Shown here: piece by piece, positions 1-8,963 of the stretch
Layout: each line of letters opens with the position of its first letter
Position numbering within the stretch: the stretch's first letter is position 1
Assembly (NCBI GenBank): GCA_016699995.1
Contig: CP064996.1
Span: 478,330 to 526,583, forward strand
Length of the DNA stretch: 48,254 nucleotides
Direction: 5' to 3'
Source: a bacterium
GTDB taxonomy: Bacteria; Patescibacteriota; Doudnabacteria; UBA920
Notes under the pieces: generated by a model
Told to the model about the DNA's origin: nothing
Database searches by the model: none
The model's input: only the letters and a program-made list of their open reading frames with translations
Program-made: the position numbers and the translations under genes

Positions 1-25
1 CCGGCATATATACTAAGGATTTCTT

Positions 26-101
26 TGGTTGCGGGGGTGGGATTCGAACCCACAGCCTCCAGGTTATGAGCCTGGCGAGATGCCAATTTCTCTACCCCGC
101 T
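26..101 (-). tRNA. tRNA-Met (anticodon CAT), initiator-like
   Basis: The reverse complement folds as a 76-nt cloverleaf. Acceptor positions 2-7 pair with 66-71, with an A.A mismatch at 1:72. D stem GAGA/TCTC with GG in the loop. Anticodon stem CCAGG/CCTGG, loop CTCATAA. T arm GTGGG-TTCGAAT-CCCAC. Discriminator A and an encoded CCA end. Confidence 0.85.
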
Positions 102-192
102 ATGAAGTTACCTAGAGATTATAGTATAAAACTCATAAGAAATCAAGTCTAAATAGCCGAAAAGCCTAGCAAAAATATCCACAGAATGGCAC

Positions 193-221
193 TTGCACGG
201 GTTTTTGGCGTTTGGTAAGAT
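193..221 (+). promoter_or_regulatory. candidate sigma70-type promoter (TTGCAC-17 nt-TAAGAT)
   Basis: TTGCAC at 193-198 and TAAGAT at 216-221, with a 17-nt spacer. No ORF follows directly; a hairpin and a terminator do. Confidence 0.3.
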
Positions 222-227
222 ATAGGA

Positions 228-291
228 GGTCGCAAGACCAAAGAATTTTGATTTCCAAAGCAGACTTTCTAGAGGAGTCTGCTTTTGGTTT
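228..291 (+). ncRNA. candidate small RNA of about 64 nt (GNRA hairpin plus intrinsic terminator)
   Basis: Hairpin ggtc-gcaa-gacc at 228-239. Terminator hairpin gcagact/agtctgc at 260-282, followed by ttttggtttt at 283-292. There is no start codon after the AGGAGG at 224-229. Confidence 0.25.
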
Positions 292-340
292 TATCAAGAG
301 TTAGCTACATAAACAAAGAGGTCTTTGATATACTGAATTC

Positions 341-1369
341 ATGGATCCATTATTTATTGCCATTTTTGCAGTTCTATTTATAGCAATTTTAATCTTGCTC
401 TATTTGGTGTTTCAGATTAAAAAACGTGCGGAGACTCCTCAGGAAAATGAGAGCCTAAAAGTCATGATGGAGTGGATGCGCGACATCAAAGCCGGCACAG
501 AAGCGACCAAAGATCAGATGGAAAAGTCGATCTCTGCCACTAACCGAGATATTAACGAACGCTTAGACAATGCAGCTAAAGTTATCGGCGCATTGCAAGG
601 CCGATTAGGCGAAATGAGCCAAATTGGGCCAGACATTCGTCGATTGAGCGAAGTTTTAGCCTCCCCAAAGGCTCGAGGCAACTTTGGAGAAGAGATGCTG
701 GAGCAGATGCTTTCGCAGGTTTTGAATAAAAATTCATATAAATCTCAATACAAATTTAAAAATGGGGAAGTGGTCGATATGGCCGTGTTCGTAGGCGATA
801 AAGTGCTGTCTATTGATAGTAAATTTTCTATGGAAAACTTCCGGCTATATAAGGAGGCGAAAGAAGATGACGCAGCAGAAAATCTGCGCAAAGCTTTTTT
901 GCGTGACGTTAAAAAGCGCATCGATGAGATTCATAAAAAATATATCTTACCGCAAGAGGGAACCTTTGACTTCGCATTAATGTACATGCCAAGCGAAGGA
1001 ATTTTTCATGAAGCCTTGGAGGATATTTCTTTGATCGAATATTCGCGTAATAAAAAGGTGTACATGGTCAGCCCGAATACCTTGTACCACCATTTGCAAA
1101 TTATTTTGATCGCTCTGCGCGGCCAGCAGGTCAACGAAGTAGCCGAGAAGCTGCTTCACATGGTGGCAGGTATTCAGCAGGAAAGCACTAAATTCAGCCG
1201 CAATCTTGGAGTGCTCTCTAATCACATCAAAAATGCCGGCAACACAATGGGCACAGTAGCCATTGATTTTGAAAAGCTGCAGACCAGCATAAACAATGCT
1301 GCAACTTTGCAATTGGAGGAAGCAGAAGTCGCTAAGCTAAACGCCGAAGAAACCAAAACTTTAATTTAA
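341..1369 (+). CDS. rmuC: DNA recombination protein RmuC family
   Basis: N-terminal TM helix, then a coiled-coil region. C-terminal blocks DSKFSMENF, MYMPSEGIF and VSPNTLYHHLQII are typical of RmuC. Confidence 0.8.
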   Translation: MDPLFIAIFAVLFIAILILLYLVFQIKKRAETPQENESLKVMMEWMRDIKAGTEATKDQMEKSISATNRDINERLDNAAKVIGALQGRLGEMSQIGPDIRRLSEVLASPKARGNFGEEMLEQMLSQVLNKNSYKSQYKFKNGEVVDMAVFVGDKVLSIDSKFSMENFRLYKEAKEDDAAENLRKAFLRDVKKRIDEIHKKYILPQEGTFDFALMYMPSEGIFHEALEDISLIEYSRNKKVYMVSPNTLYHHLQIILIALRGQQVNEVAEKLLHMVAGIQQESTKFSRNLGVLSNHIKNAGNTMGTVAIDFEKLQTSINNAATLQLEEAEVAKLNAEETKTLI

Positions 1370-1384
1370 TTAATCTAATATTTT

Positions 1385-1978
1385 ATGTCTATAAGAAACC
1401 CGGACCAGCGCATTGGCGTTTTCGTCGATGTACAGAACCTGTATTACAGTGCGCGCAACATTTACAATGCCCGCATCAATTTTAACGAAATCCTAAAAGA
1501 AGCAGTTGGCAACCGCCGCCTCATTCGCGCCATTGCTTACGTGGTAAAAGCCGATATGCCGGAAGAGCAAACCTTTTTTGAAGCTCTAGAAAAAGCGGGC
1601 TTCGAAGTTCGCATTAAGGATCTGCAAACTTTTGCCGGCGGCCACCAAAAAGGGGATTGGGACGTGGGTATTGCCATGGATATCATCAAGCTGATGAACA
1701 AGCTCGACGTAGTAGTATTAGCCAGCGGCGACGGCGATTTTGCCCCTCTATTAGAATACTTGCAAATGTCCGGCCAAATGACAGAAACTTTGGCTTTTGG
1801 AAAATCCACCAGCAGTAAAATTAAGGAACTTACAGATCATTTTATCGACTTAGACGAAGACACTAAGCGCTATCTTATGCCAATCCGGGGAGGCCGGGGA
1901 GGTTCCACCCGGGCGAGCGCTGCAAAAGGGCGCTCTTCTTCTACTCGTACTCCAAGAAAAACTACTATCAAAACATAA
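1385..1978 (+). CDS. NYN-domain (LabA-like) predicted RNase with an Arg/Gly/Ser-rich basic tail
   Basis: GVFVDVQNLYY and VLASGDGDFAPLLEYL motifs of the NYN/LabA family. The C-terminus is RGGRGGSTRASAAKGRSSSTRTPRK. Confidence 0.8.
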   Translation: MSIRNPDQRIGVFVDVQNLYYSARNIYNARINFNEILKEAVGNRRLIRAIAYVVKADMPEEQTFFEALEKAGFEVRIKDLQTFAGGHQKGDWDVGIAMDIIKLMNKLDVVVLASGDGDFAPLLEYLQMSGQMTETLAFGKSTSSKIKELTDHFIDLDEDTKRYLMPIRGGRGGSTRASAAKGRSSSTRTPRKTTIKT

Positions 1979-1989
1979 AATAATCGTCC

Positions 1990-3924
1990 GTGTCCGAAAG
2001 ACGACATTCATTGGATATCATTCCCGATATTGGCGTTCCTAAAAACGGCTTCGAGCTCCAGCACAGGGAAGAAGTATTCTTATCAGAGCAAACAGAGCAA
2101 CGAATTGAGCAAGATACATTGCCCGGTTTTTTAAGTATTGCAAAGGAGGCTGGTGCCAATGAAGAAGAATTGGACCGCCTAGAAGCATGCTACAAAGCTC
2201 TTGGAAGGCGCCCAAGCCAGATTGGGGTAAGCTATGGGTTTCATTTTTCAAACGATGGTAAGTATTTTGGCCCTGTTGTGGGATTAGATCGGCATTACCA
2301 TGCTATGCCTGACGTACTATCGGGCACTGATTTTAAAATTAGACCAGGAGTGGAAAAGCCAAAAATCGCGCCGGTGGACAGTGATAGAATTATGGACACG
2401 TTTGCCAAAGCCAGAATTATGTTCAGTTCCACAGATAACCAGGAGTATCGGGATAAGGTAAATGCCTACGAGAAATCAATTACCAAAATAAACCGCATCA
2501 TGTACAGAGTGCATGACGCTCTTCATATCTATCAAAATATTTTAATCGGGGACGAAATCAACGCTTTAAAATCAAAATTTTCGATGGCCGGCTGGACAAA
2601 TGAGGATGTAGAAAGAAGACTAATTAAGCGTGGTAATTACGCCAAGCTCATCGATTGGCAGCCACCAAAATGGGCAAAGGATTCTATTTTTACTAACCAG
2701 GACGTTCCGGAATACGCAGACATTCCCGACCATAATCCACAAGTGGTTAACAATGAGGCCACAATGGATGTTATGTCCGAATGGCTTTTAAAAGAAGAGC
2801 TTTCCAAGGAACCAGAGCTGATGCTATGGCTCCATAACACAATTACCCATGCAGTTGACGGGCTAAAAGCTATAAGGGAGCAATACCAATCTATAAACAA
2901 TTTGGACAACGCCGACACTTTGCCGCATAAACAGATCGAGCATATTTTAAACATGATATCAGCTGCTTATTTTGCAGTATACGAAAATTCCGAACAGGCA
3001 AAATCAGACTTGATCGAAAAGGAATATTCCGTTGCAGGCCGCCCAGCGCAAGCCACCATCGCCGAAGGTAGTTATTTTGATAGGTGCACCGTCCTGAATT
3101 TAATTTCAGAGCTCCATGAGTACTCGGAGCTGATTATCGCTTACCATGGCTCCCGCCAATTCGGCACCGAAAGAGATGCGAGAGCCGAAGAATATATGGC
3201 CATTAAAAAGAATAAGGCCAGCTTTCCTTCAGGGCAAGAGTGGTCTGCACAAAATTACGTACATGGCCCAATTACCACCAAAGGAGTAGAGACTGCTGCC
3301 AAAATTACTGCCAGCGTAGCCGAAAATAAAGGTAACCTGGACGACCTGATGGCCCTTTTCATGCAGATTCAATCCAGTATGGATGAATCATCGACCCCAG
3401 AAACGCAACAAACTATGCAAACTGCGGTTGCAAAAAGGATAAAAAATTTATACGGTATGGATTTAAATTCCAATGATATTCTTGAAATGAGAAATATTTT
3501 CCATTACATAGACATGTCCGGCCAGCTGAGCAAAGATAAATATCCCTATCAATATGTAATCAGAAAAAAGATAATGGAGCAGATGAAAAATGCTCAGCCC
3601 GAGCAAATTAATCAGCTTATTAAGTGGACAGTGTTTGAATTCCCCATGTATTTTCGTAAAGGCGATTATTTGGAGCTTACCGGATTCGGGGAAGTAGCAA
3701 CAGAAGAGACGCGGATGGACGCAGAGACAAGAAAAGTTCTGCCGTGGGAAAAGATTCTCGCCAGCCATAAGTTAGGCTTATTCAATATTAATATGAAAGC
3801 CCTGCCGCCCGAACAAATTGCAGAAATCAAAGCTCTATACGACCGCGGTTATAAAAAGCATGACCATACCGAAGACTTACGCATTCTGGCAAATATTGCT
3901 AAAATGCAGAAACAAATTGCTTAA
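1990..3924 (+). CDS. hypothetical protein, 644 aa, no domain recognised
   Basis: Long uninterrupted ORF with a GTG start. It lies 11 nt after the NYN gene and ends 6 nt before the PIN gene. No motif recognised by eye. Confidence 0.6.
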   Translation: MSERRHSLDIIPDIGVPKNGFELQHREEVFLSEQTEQRIEQDTLPGFLSIAKEAGANEEELDRLEACYKALGRRPSQIGVSYGFHFSNDGKYFGPVVGLDRHYHAMPDVLSGTDFKIRPGVEKPKIAPVDSDRIMDTFAKARIMFSSTDNQEYRDKVNAYEKSITKINRIMYRVHDALHIYQNILIGDEINALKSKFSMAGWTNEDVERRLIKRGNYAKLIDWQPPKWAKDSIFTNQDVPEYADIPDHNPQVVNNEATMDVMSEWLLKEELSKEPELMLWLHNTITHAVDGLKAIREQYQSINNLDNADTLPHKQIEHILNMISAAYFAVYENSEQAKSDLIEKEYSVAGRPAQATIAEGSYFDRCTVLNLISELHEYSELIIAYHGSRQFGTERDARAEEYMAIKKNKASFPSGQEWSAQNYVHGPITTKGVETAAKITASVAENKGNLDDLMALFMQIQSSMDESSTPETQQTMQTAVAKRIKNLYGMDLNSNDILEMRNIFHYIDMSGQLSKDKYPYQYVIRKKIMEQMKNAQPEQINQLIKWTVFEFPMYFRKGDYLELTGFGEVATEETRMDAETRKVLPWEKILASHKLGLFNINMKALPPEQIAEIKALYDRGYKKHDHTEDLRILANIAKMQKQIA

Positions 3925-3930
3925 TAATAT

Positions 3931-4374
3931 ATGAAAATAGTATTAGATACCAATGTAATTATCGACGGGATTAAGGATGAATACTCCTACGAAAAACAGA
4001 TTATAGATGCGGTCAGAGCAGGGGAAATAGAAGCCTATGCCAATCGCCAGACTATTCAGGAAAACAAGCTTATCATGCGCCGCTTGGTGGAAAACCCCGA
4101 ATACGAAAAAGAAATCGCCGACTTATTAACTCAAATCAACCAAGTGGTAAACCGCCGCCAGATTAACATTGTCCGCGATCCGGAAGATAATAAAATTTTA
4201 GAAAGCGCGGTGGAAGCAAGGGCCGAATACTTAGTAACCCGCGACAACGACCTGCTGTCTTTAGAAGAATACGAAGGCGTTCAAATTGTAAATCCTTCTC
4301 AATTCTGGGTGCGCTACAAAGACGAAGGCAACGACATCTGGAAGCAGTGGGCTGGCTTTTTTAATGGGAAGTAG
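3931..4374 (+). CDS. PIN-domain protein (PIN_3 / toxin-type nuclease)
   Basis: N-terminal IVLDTNVIID and C-terminal ILESAVEARAEYLVTRDNDLL supply the acidic PIN residues. Confidence 0.8.
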   Translation: MKIVLDTNVIIDGIKDEYSYEKQIIDAVRAGEIEAYANRQTIQENKLIMRRLVENPEYEKEIADLLTQINQVVNRRQINIVRDPEDNKILESAVEARAEYLVTRDNDLLSLEEYEGVQIVNPSQFWVRYKDEGNDIWKQWAGFFNGK

Positions 4375-4427
4375 GGTAATTAGGGCAAATATACCTAGCC
4401 TTCGGCATGGCACAATAATAAGGTAAA

Positions 4428-4456
4428 ATAAAAAAGCGGTGGAATGCCGCTTATTA
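4428..4456. terminator. bidirectional intrinsic terminator between convergent genes
   Basis: Stem aagcgg/ccgctt (4434-4439 / 4447-4452). An A-run lies on the left and a T-rich tract on the right. It is strongest when read on the minus strand. Confidence 0.55.
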
Positions 4457-4774
4457 CTTTGTTTCATGGTCAGCCTTTTTGCTGCCCGCATGAATGACTC
4501 GGATTCTATAAAACTGGACAGCCGTTTTCTTATCCACTCCGCCATCAATGGATCCGCCTACCAGGAAAGCATTAGCGCCGTTTGGAAGCTGCTTCCTAAG
4601 TGATTCGTTAAACAATTGCCGATCATTTTTGCCTTCTTTAAAAACATGGCGGGTAACAACTATCTTCGGCTCTCCGATGGGAATAGCGTCAACTTCAGAA
4701 GACTTTTTTCTGAATCGAAAACTATTAGTGCGATTTTCTTTAATATAAATTCTCCTCAATTTGACCGTTGTCAT
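4454..4774 (-). CDS. hypothetical protein, 106 aa
   Basis: ORF with a terminator directly downstream. The overlapping plus-strand ORFs look spurious. No motif recognised. Confidence 0.45.
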   Translation of the reverse strand: MTTVKLRRIYIKENRTNSFRFRKKSSEVDAIPIGEPKIVVTRHVFKEGKNDRQLFNESLRKQLPNGANAFLVGGSIDGGVDKKTAVQFYRIRVIHAGSKKADHETK

Positions 4775-4824
4775 CTTTCCTCCTCAACTGATTTAGTTCA
4801 TCAATATAACTAAAAATTATTTAA

Positions 4825-7761
4825 ATGTCAAAACTGCTCGAAGGGCTCAACAATGAACAGCTTCAAGCCGTAACCCATGCCACTGGGCCGCTGTTAATCG
4901 TGGCAGGAGCCGGCACAGGAAAAACAACCGTTATCACTCGCCGCATAGCTTATTTAATGGAACAAAAGCTAGCTGATCCTAAGCAAATCCTAGCTTTAAC
5001 ATTTACAGACAAAGCTGCGGGGGAAATGGAAGCCAGGGTAGAGCAATATCTTCCTTTAGGCAGTTACGATTTATGGATATCTACTTTCCACAGTTTCTGC
5101 GAACGAATAATTAAGCAGCATGGCATCGACATCGGCCTAAGTAATGACTTCGAGCTTCTAGACAAAACTCGGCAGTGGATTTTTGTTTATAAACATTTTG
5201 AAAAATTCGAGCTGGATTACTATCGCCCGATCGGCAGTCCCAACAAGTTTATAGACTCCCTGCTGGATCATTTTTCCAAATGCAAAGATGAAATGATTTC
5301 CCCGGAGGACTATTTGGAATACGCCGAACAGCTACGGCTGAGCGCCGGACAAAACGAACTTCCTTTAGGCAATGAAGACGAGACCGTCGTCGAAATTAAG
5401 CGCGTTGAAGAGCTGGCCAAAGCTTACCACACTTACCAACAGCTCTTGCTCGATAACGAGTATATGGACTTTGGCGATTTGATCCATTATGCTATCCGGC
5501 TGCTGCAAAAACGCCCGAATATTTTAAAATATTACCAGCAGCAATTTAAATTCATCATGATCGATGAATTTCAGGACACCAATGTTGCTCAGTACGACTT
5601 GATCAAATTGCTGGCGGGAACAGAGCAAAATCTGGTTGTGGTAGGGGATGATGACCAGTCAATTTACAAATTCCGCGGCGCTTCTGTATCGAATATTTTA
5701 AAGCTCAAGGACGACTATCCAACAATTAAAGAAATAACTCTTGTCGACAACTACCGCAGCAATCAGAAAATTTTAGATATCGCTTATAACTTCATTCAAG
5801 CTAACAACCCCAATCGACTAGAGCCAAAGCTAAATATTAATAAACGGCTTAAAGGGCATAATAAAGACAAAAGCCAAGTTCAGGTTATCGAGGGCAAAGA
5901 CTTAAGTGAAGAGCTAAATTTAGTAGTAGATCAGGCTCTAAAACTAAAAGAAGAATTTCCATCCGCCACGTGGAATGATTTTGCTATTTTGACCCGCGCC
6001 AATAGCGCGGCAACAGAAATTATTCCACTCCTCGACGCAAAAGGAGTGCCATATAGTTTTATGGCCAATCGCGGCTTATACCGCAAACCCCTGATTGCAG
6101 ATCTGATTAACTATCTCCGCTTGATGGACAACTATCACGAGTCGAGCAGTTTGTATCGGGTTTTAAACTTCCCTAAGTTCCATATTGATGCGATTGATGT
6201 GGCTCATCTGACTCAATTTACTAACCGCCGGACTATTTCTCTGTACGACGCTCTGCATAATGACGAAGCCTTGTCTATGCTTAACGAAGGTTCGGTAGTA
6301 AGAATAAAAACCCTGCTATCTTTGCTAGAGGTGCATTCAAAACTCACCACGGAAAAGTCCGCCGTCGAACTGTTCGTACAAATTATCGATGATCTGGAAA
6401 TCGATCTACTGCTAAACGAGGACACTTTAGAAAATGCTCAGAACCGGGAATTACTAGAGCAATTCTATAAAACCATAGAGGCATATTGCCAAACAGAGGA
6501 CGACCGCACCATGCGAGGCTATTTGAGCCGGCTGAATTTGGAACTTAAAGCGGGTGAAGAAGGGGCGCTTAAGTTTGATCCGGATAGCGGGCCAGAAAGC
6601 TTAAAAGTAATGACTGTCCACAGCTCAAAGGGGTTGGAATTCAAATTTGTATTCGTCATCAATATGGTGGACCAAAGATTCCCAACCAGGGCCAAAAGAG
6701 ACAATATAGAACTGCCGGAACAGCTTATTAAAGACATTCTGCCGGAAGGAGATTTTCATCTACAGGAAGAACGCCGCTTGTTCTATGTGGCGATAACGCG
6801 CGCCAAAACTCATTTATATCTTTCCTGGGCCAAAGACTACGGAGGAGCGAAAGAGAAGAGGCCATCACTGTTTCTGTCGGAAACTCAATTGGTTCCAACA
6901 GAAACTGCCAAGAAAGCGACTGGGAAGGTTGTATTCACCAAACCCTCCAGCTCGAGAGGAAAGAAGCAAGTTTATCAGGATCTACCGACCCATTTTTCTT
7001 TCAGCCAAATTAGCCAGTTCATAAACTGTCCGCTGGATTACAAATATAGATACTATTTAAGATTACCCATGAAGGGTAATCATCACCTAAGCTTTGGATC
7101 AACGATCCATGCCGTACTGCAAAAATATTTGGAACAATACCAGCGGGAGCTAAGCGCACGACAACAAGACTTATTCAGCAAGCAGGCTAATGCGGAGCTT
7201 CCTCCAGAAGAACTACTGTCAGAGCTTTATGAAAAAGAATGGATCGATGACTGGTATCAGACCAAGCAACAAAAAGAAGACTACAGGCAGCGGGGAAAGC
7301 AAATACTAAGGTCCTTTTATGAGTATTCACAGAAGAACAAGCCCAACCCATCCCTAATCGAGCAGCCATTTACCTTGAAGTTAGGCGTAAACAAAGAGTA
7401 TCAGTTTAACGGCAAAATTGACCGCGCCGATATTAGCGACGGAGGTTTAAAAATCATCGATTATAAAACTTCTGAAAAAGTTCCAAAAAAACCAGATGGC
7501 AACGATCTGGATCAGCTGCGCATTTACCAATGGGCAGCGGAAGAATTCTTTCATCAGCCAGTGGCTTCGCTGCAGTATTGGTACGTATATCCAAACCAGC
7601 TAGTACAAACACCTTTGGCAACGCCAGAGCAATTAACTGCACTGAAAGAGAAACTGCTAACGACCATAGAAGAAATTCGGGAAGCTGTTAAATTCGACCT
7701 GTTTTCCAAGCTTCATAAAAAGAGCAAGCAGCACACCTGCGACTACGCTGACTTAATGTAA
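4825..7761 (+). CDS. UvrD/PcrA/AddA-type SF1 helicase fused to a C-terminal PD-(D/E)XK (Cas4/AddB-like) nuclease domain
   Basis: Helicase motifs AGAGTGKT, MIDEFQDTN, VGDDDQSIYKFRGA, DNYRS, VHSSKGLEFKFVFV and RRLFYVAITRAK. The C-terminus has FSQISQFINCPLDYKYRYYL, IDRADISDGGLKIIDYKTS and a terminal Cys. Confidence 0.9.
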   Translation: MSKLLEGLNNEQLQAVTHATGPLLIVAGAGTGKTTVITRRIAYLMEQKLADPKQILALTFTDKAAGEMEARVEQYLPLGSYDLWISTFHSFCERIIKQHGIDIGLSNDFELLDKTRQWIFVYKHFEKFELDYYRPIGSPNKFIDSLLDHFSKCKDEMISPEDYLEYAEQLRLSAGQNELPLGNEDETVVEIKRVEELAKAYHTYQQLLLDNEYMDFGDLIHYAIRLLQKRPNILKYYQQQFKFIMIDEFQDTNVAQYDLIKLLAGTEQNLVVVGDDDQSIYKFRGASVSNILKLKDDYPTIKEITLVDNYRSNQKILDIAYNFIQANNPNRLEPKLNINKRLKGHNKDKSQVQVIEGKDLSEELNLVVDQALKLKEEFPSATWNDFAILTRANSAATEIIPLLDAKGVPYSFMANRGLYRKPLIADLINYLRLMDNYHESSSLYRVLNFPKFHIDAIDVAHLTQFTNRRTISLYDALHNDEALSMLNEGSVVRIKTLLSLLEVHSKLTTEKSAVELFVQIIDDLEIDLLLNEDTLENAQNRELLEQFYKTIEAYCQTEDDRTMRGYLSRLNLELKAGEEGALKFDPDSGPESLKVMTVHSSKGLEFKFVFVINMVDQRFPTRAKRDNIELPEQLIKDILPEGDFHLQEERRLFYVAITRAKTHLYLSWAKDYGGAKEKRPSLFLSETQLVPTETAKKATGKVVFTKPSSSRGKKQVYQDLPTHFSFSQISQFINCPLDYKYRYYLRLPMKGNHHLSFGSTIHAVLQKYLEQYQRELSARQQDLFSKQANAELPPEELLSELYEKEWIDDWYQTKQQKEDYRQRGKQILRSFYEYSQKNKPNPSLIEQPFTLKLGVNKEYQFNGKIDRADISDGGLKIIDYKTSEKVPKKPDGNDLDQLRIYQWAAEEFFHQPVASLQYWYVYPNQLVQTPLATPEQLTALKEKLLTTIEEIREAVKFDLFSKLHKKSKQHTCDYADLM

Positions 7762-7766
7762 CGATC

Positions 7767-7775
7767 TGCTATAAT
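7767..7775 (+). promoter_or_regulatory. extended -10 promoter (TGcTATAAT), 7 nt upstream of the ATG; leaderless-type
   Basis: tgctataat at 7767-7775. The ATG is at 7783 with no Shine-Dalgarno between. Confidence 0.5.
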
Positions 7776-7782
7776 AGACTAT

Positions 7783-8427
7783 ATGTTTGATTTAATAGAA
7801 TTAATAAAAGCAGCTGGGTACTTAGGCCTATTTGGAATAGTTTTCGCCGAAACCGGACTGTTAGTCGGATTTTTCTTGCCAGGCGACAGCCTCATGTTTA
7901 CTGCCGGAGTACTGGCAGCCGAAGGCTACTTGAACATCTATATTTTACTGATAATCCTCGTTTCTGCTGCGATTATAGGGGATAGCACTGGTTACGCCAT
8001 CGGCAAAAAGTTTGGGCCAAAGATCTTTGCCAAGGAAAACTCCCTGCTGTTTAACAAATCCCATGTCCAAAAGGCCGAGCAATTTTTTCACAAGCACGGA
8101 CCAAAAACCATAATCATCGCTCGCTTTGTACCGATTGTCAGGACATTCGTCCCCACGCTGGCAGGGGTCGGCAAGATGTCGTATTGGAGATTTTTAACTT
8201 ACAATATAGTTGGTGCTTTGCTTTGGGCGGCCGGCTTAACGCTTTTAGGCTACTACCTTGGTTTAAAAATAGACAATATTGATAAGTACATTCTGCCAAT
8301 TATCGCAGTGATAATTTTAGTTTCCATATCACCATACATAAAAAGGCTGATTACAGACAAGAACCTAAGGAGAGAAATTTATATTTACGCCCAAGCGCTA
8401 TATAAGAGAATATTTTCCAAAAAATAA
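7783..8427 (+). CDS. DedA-family membrane protein
   Basis: GFFLPGDSLMFTAG, GDSTGYAIGKKFG and IIARFVPIVRTFVPTLAG blocks typical of DedA/SNARE-associated proteins. Confidence 0.85.
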   Translation: MFDLIELIKAAGYLGLFGIVFAETGLLVGFFLPGDSLMFTAGVLAAEGYLNIYILLIILVSAAIIGDSTGYAIGKKFGPKIFAKENSLLFNKSHVQKAEQFFHKHGPKTIIIARFVPIVRTFVPTLAGVGKMSYWRFLTYNIVGALLWAAGLTLLGYYLGLKIDNIDKYILPIIAVIILVSISPYIKRLITDKNLRREIYIYAQALYKRIFSKK

Positions 8428-8490
8428 TTCAGTGCAATCCACTGTGCGCAAGACGTCAATTTAACCAAAAACAGAAGCAGGATAAATACT

Positions 8491-8883
8491 ATGGCTAAAA
8501 ATGCAAAAGATTACGAAGAGCGTCCTTGGGGCAATTTTACAGTCCTATCTGAACTGCAAAATCAAGGTCAGTCTAAAGACGTGATTATCAAGCGTCTGGA
8601 GGTTTATGCAGGCAACAGACTGTCTTACCAAAGACATAAGTTAAGAAACGAGCATTGGATAGTAGTTAGCGGTTCGGGCATGGCCATAATCAACGATACT
8701 GAGGTTCCGTTATCGCCAGGCGGGTCGGTCTACATCAAGATAGGCGACAAGCACCGGCTGGATAACACCAAAAGCACAGAACCGCTCATAGTAATCGAAG
8801 TTATAACAGGCGAATTTGATGAGTATGACAACGAACGCCTGGAAGACGACTATAACCGCGATTCGAGCTGGAGAAATGCATAA
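8491..8883 (+). CDS. cupin-domain protein (mannose-6-phosphate isomerase type II C-terminal-like)
   Basis: ERPWGNF, RLSYQRHKLRNEHWIVVSG and GDKHRL motifs of the ManC-type cupin. Confidence 0.7.
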   Translation: MAKNAKDYEERPWGNFTVLSELQNQGQSKDVIIKRLEVYAGNRLSYQRHKLRNEHWIVVSGSGMAIINDTEVPLSPGGSVYIKIGDKHRLDNTKSTEPLIVIEVITGEFDEYDNERLEDDYNRDSSWRNA

Positions 8884-8888
8884 AATAT

Positions 8889-8925
8889 AACCGCGATCGG
8901 CTTACTGGACCGCGGTTTTAAATTT
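8889..8925 (+). terminator. possible intrinsic terminator
   Basis: 7-bp stem aaccgcg/cgcggtt (8889-8895 / 8911-8917) followed by tttaaatttt. The loop is large. Confidence 0.4.
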
Positions 8926-8963
8926 TCTCAATTTTCAGACCTTTATGGTATAATAAATACATC

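Noticed and set aside
4548-4813. Two plus-strand ORFs of 65-66 aa opposite the 106-aa minus-strand gene.
   Set aside because: They overlap each other and the longer minus-strand ORF, which has a terminator immediately downstream. Neither has an RBS or promoter-like context.
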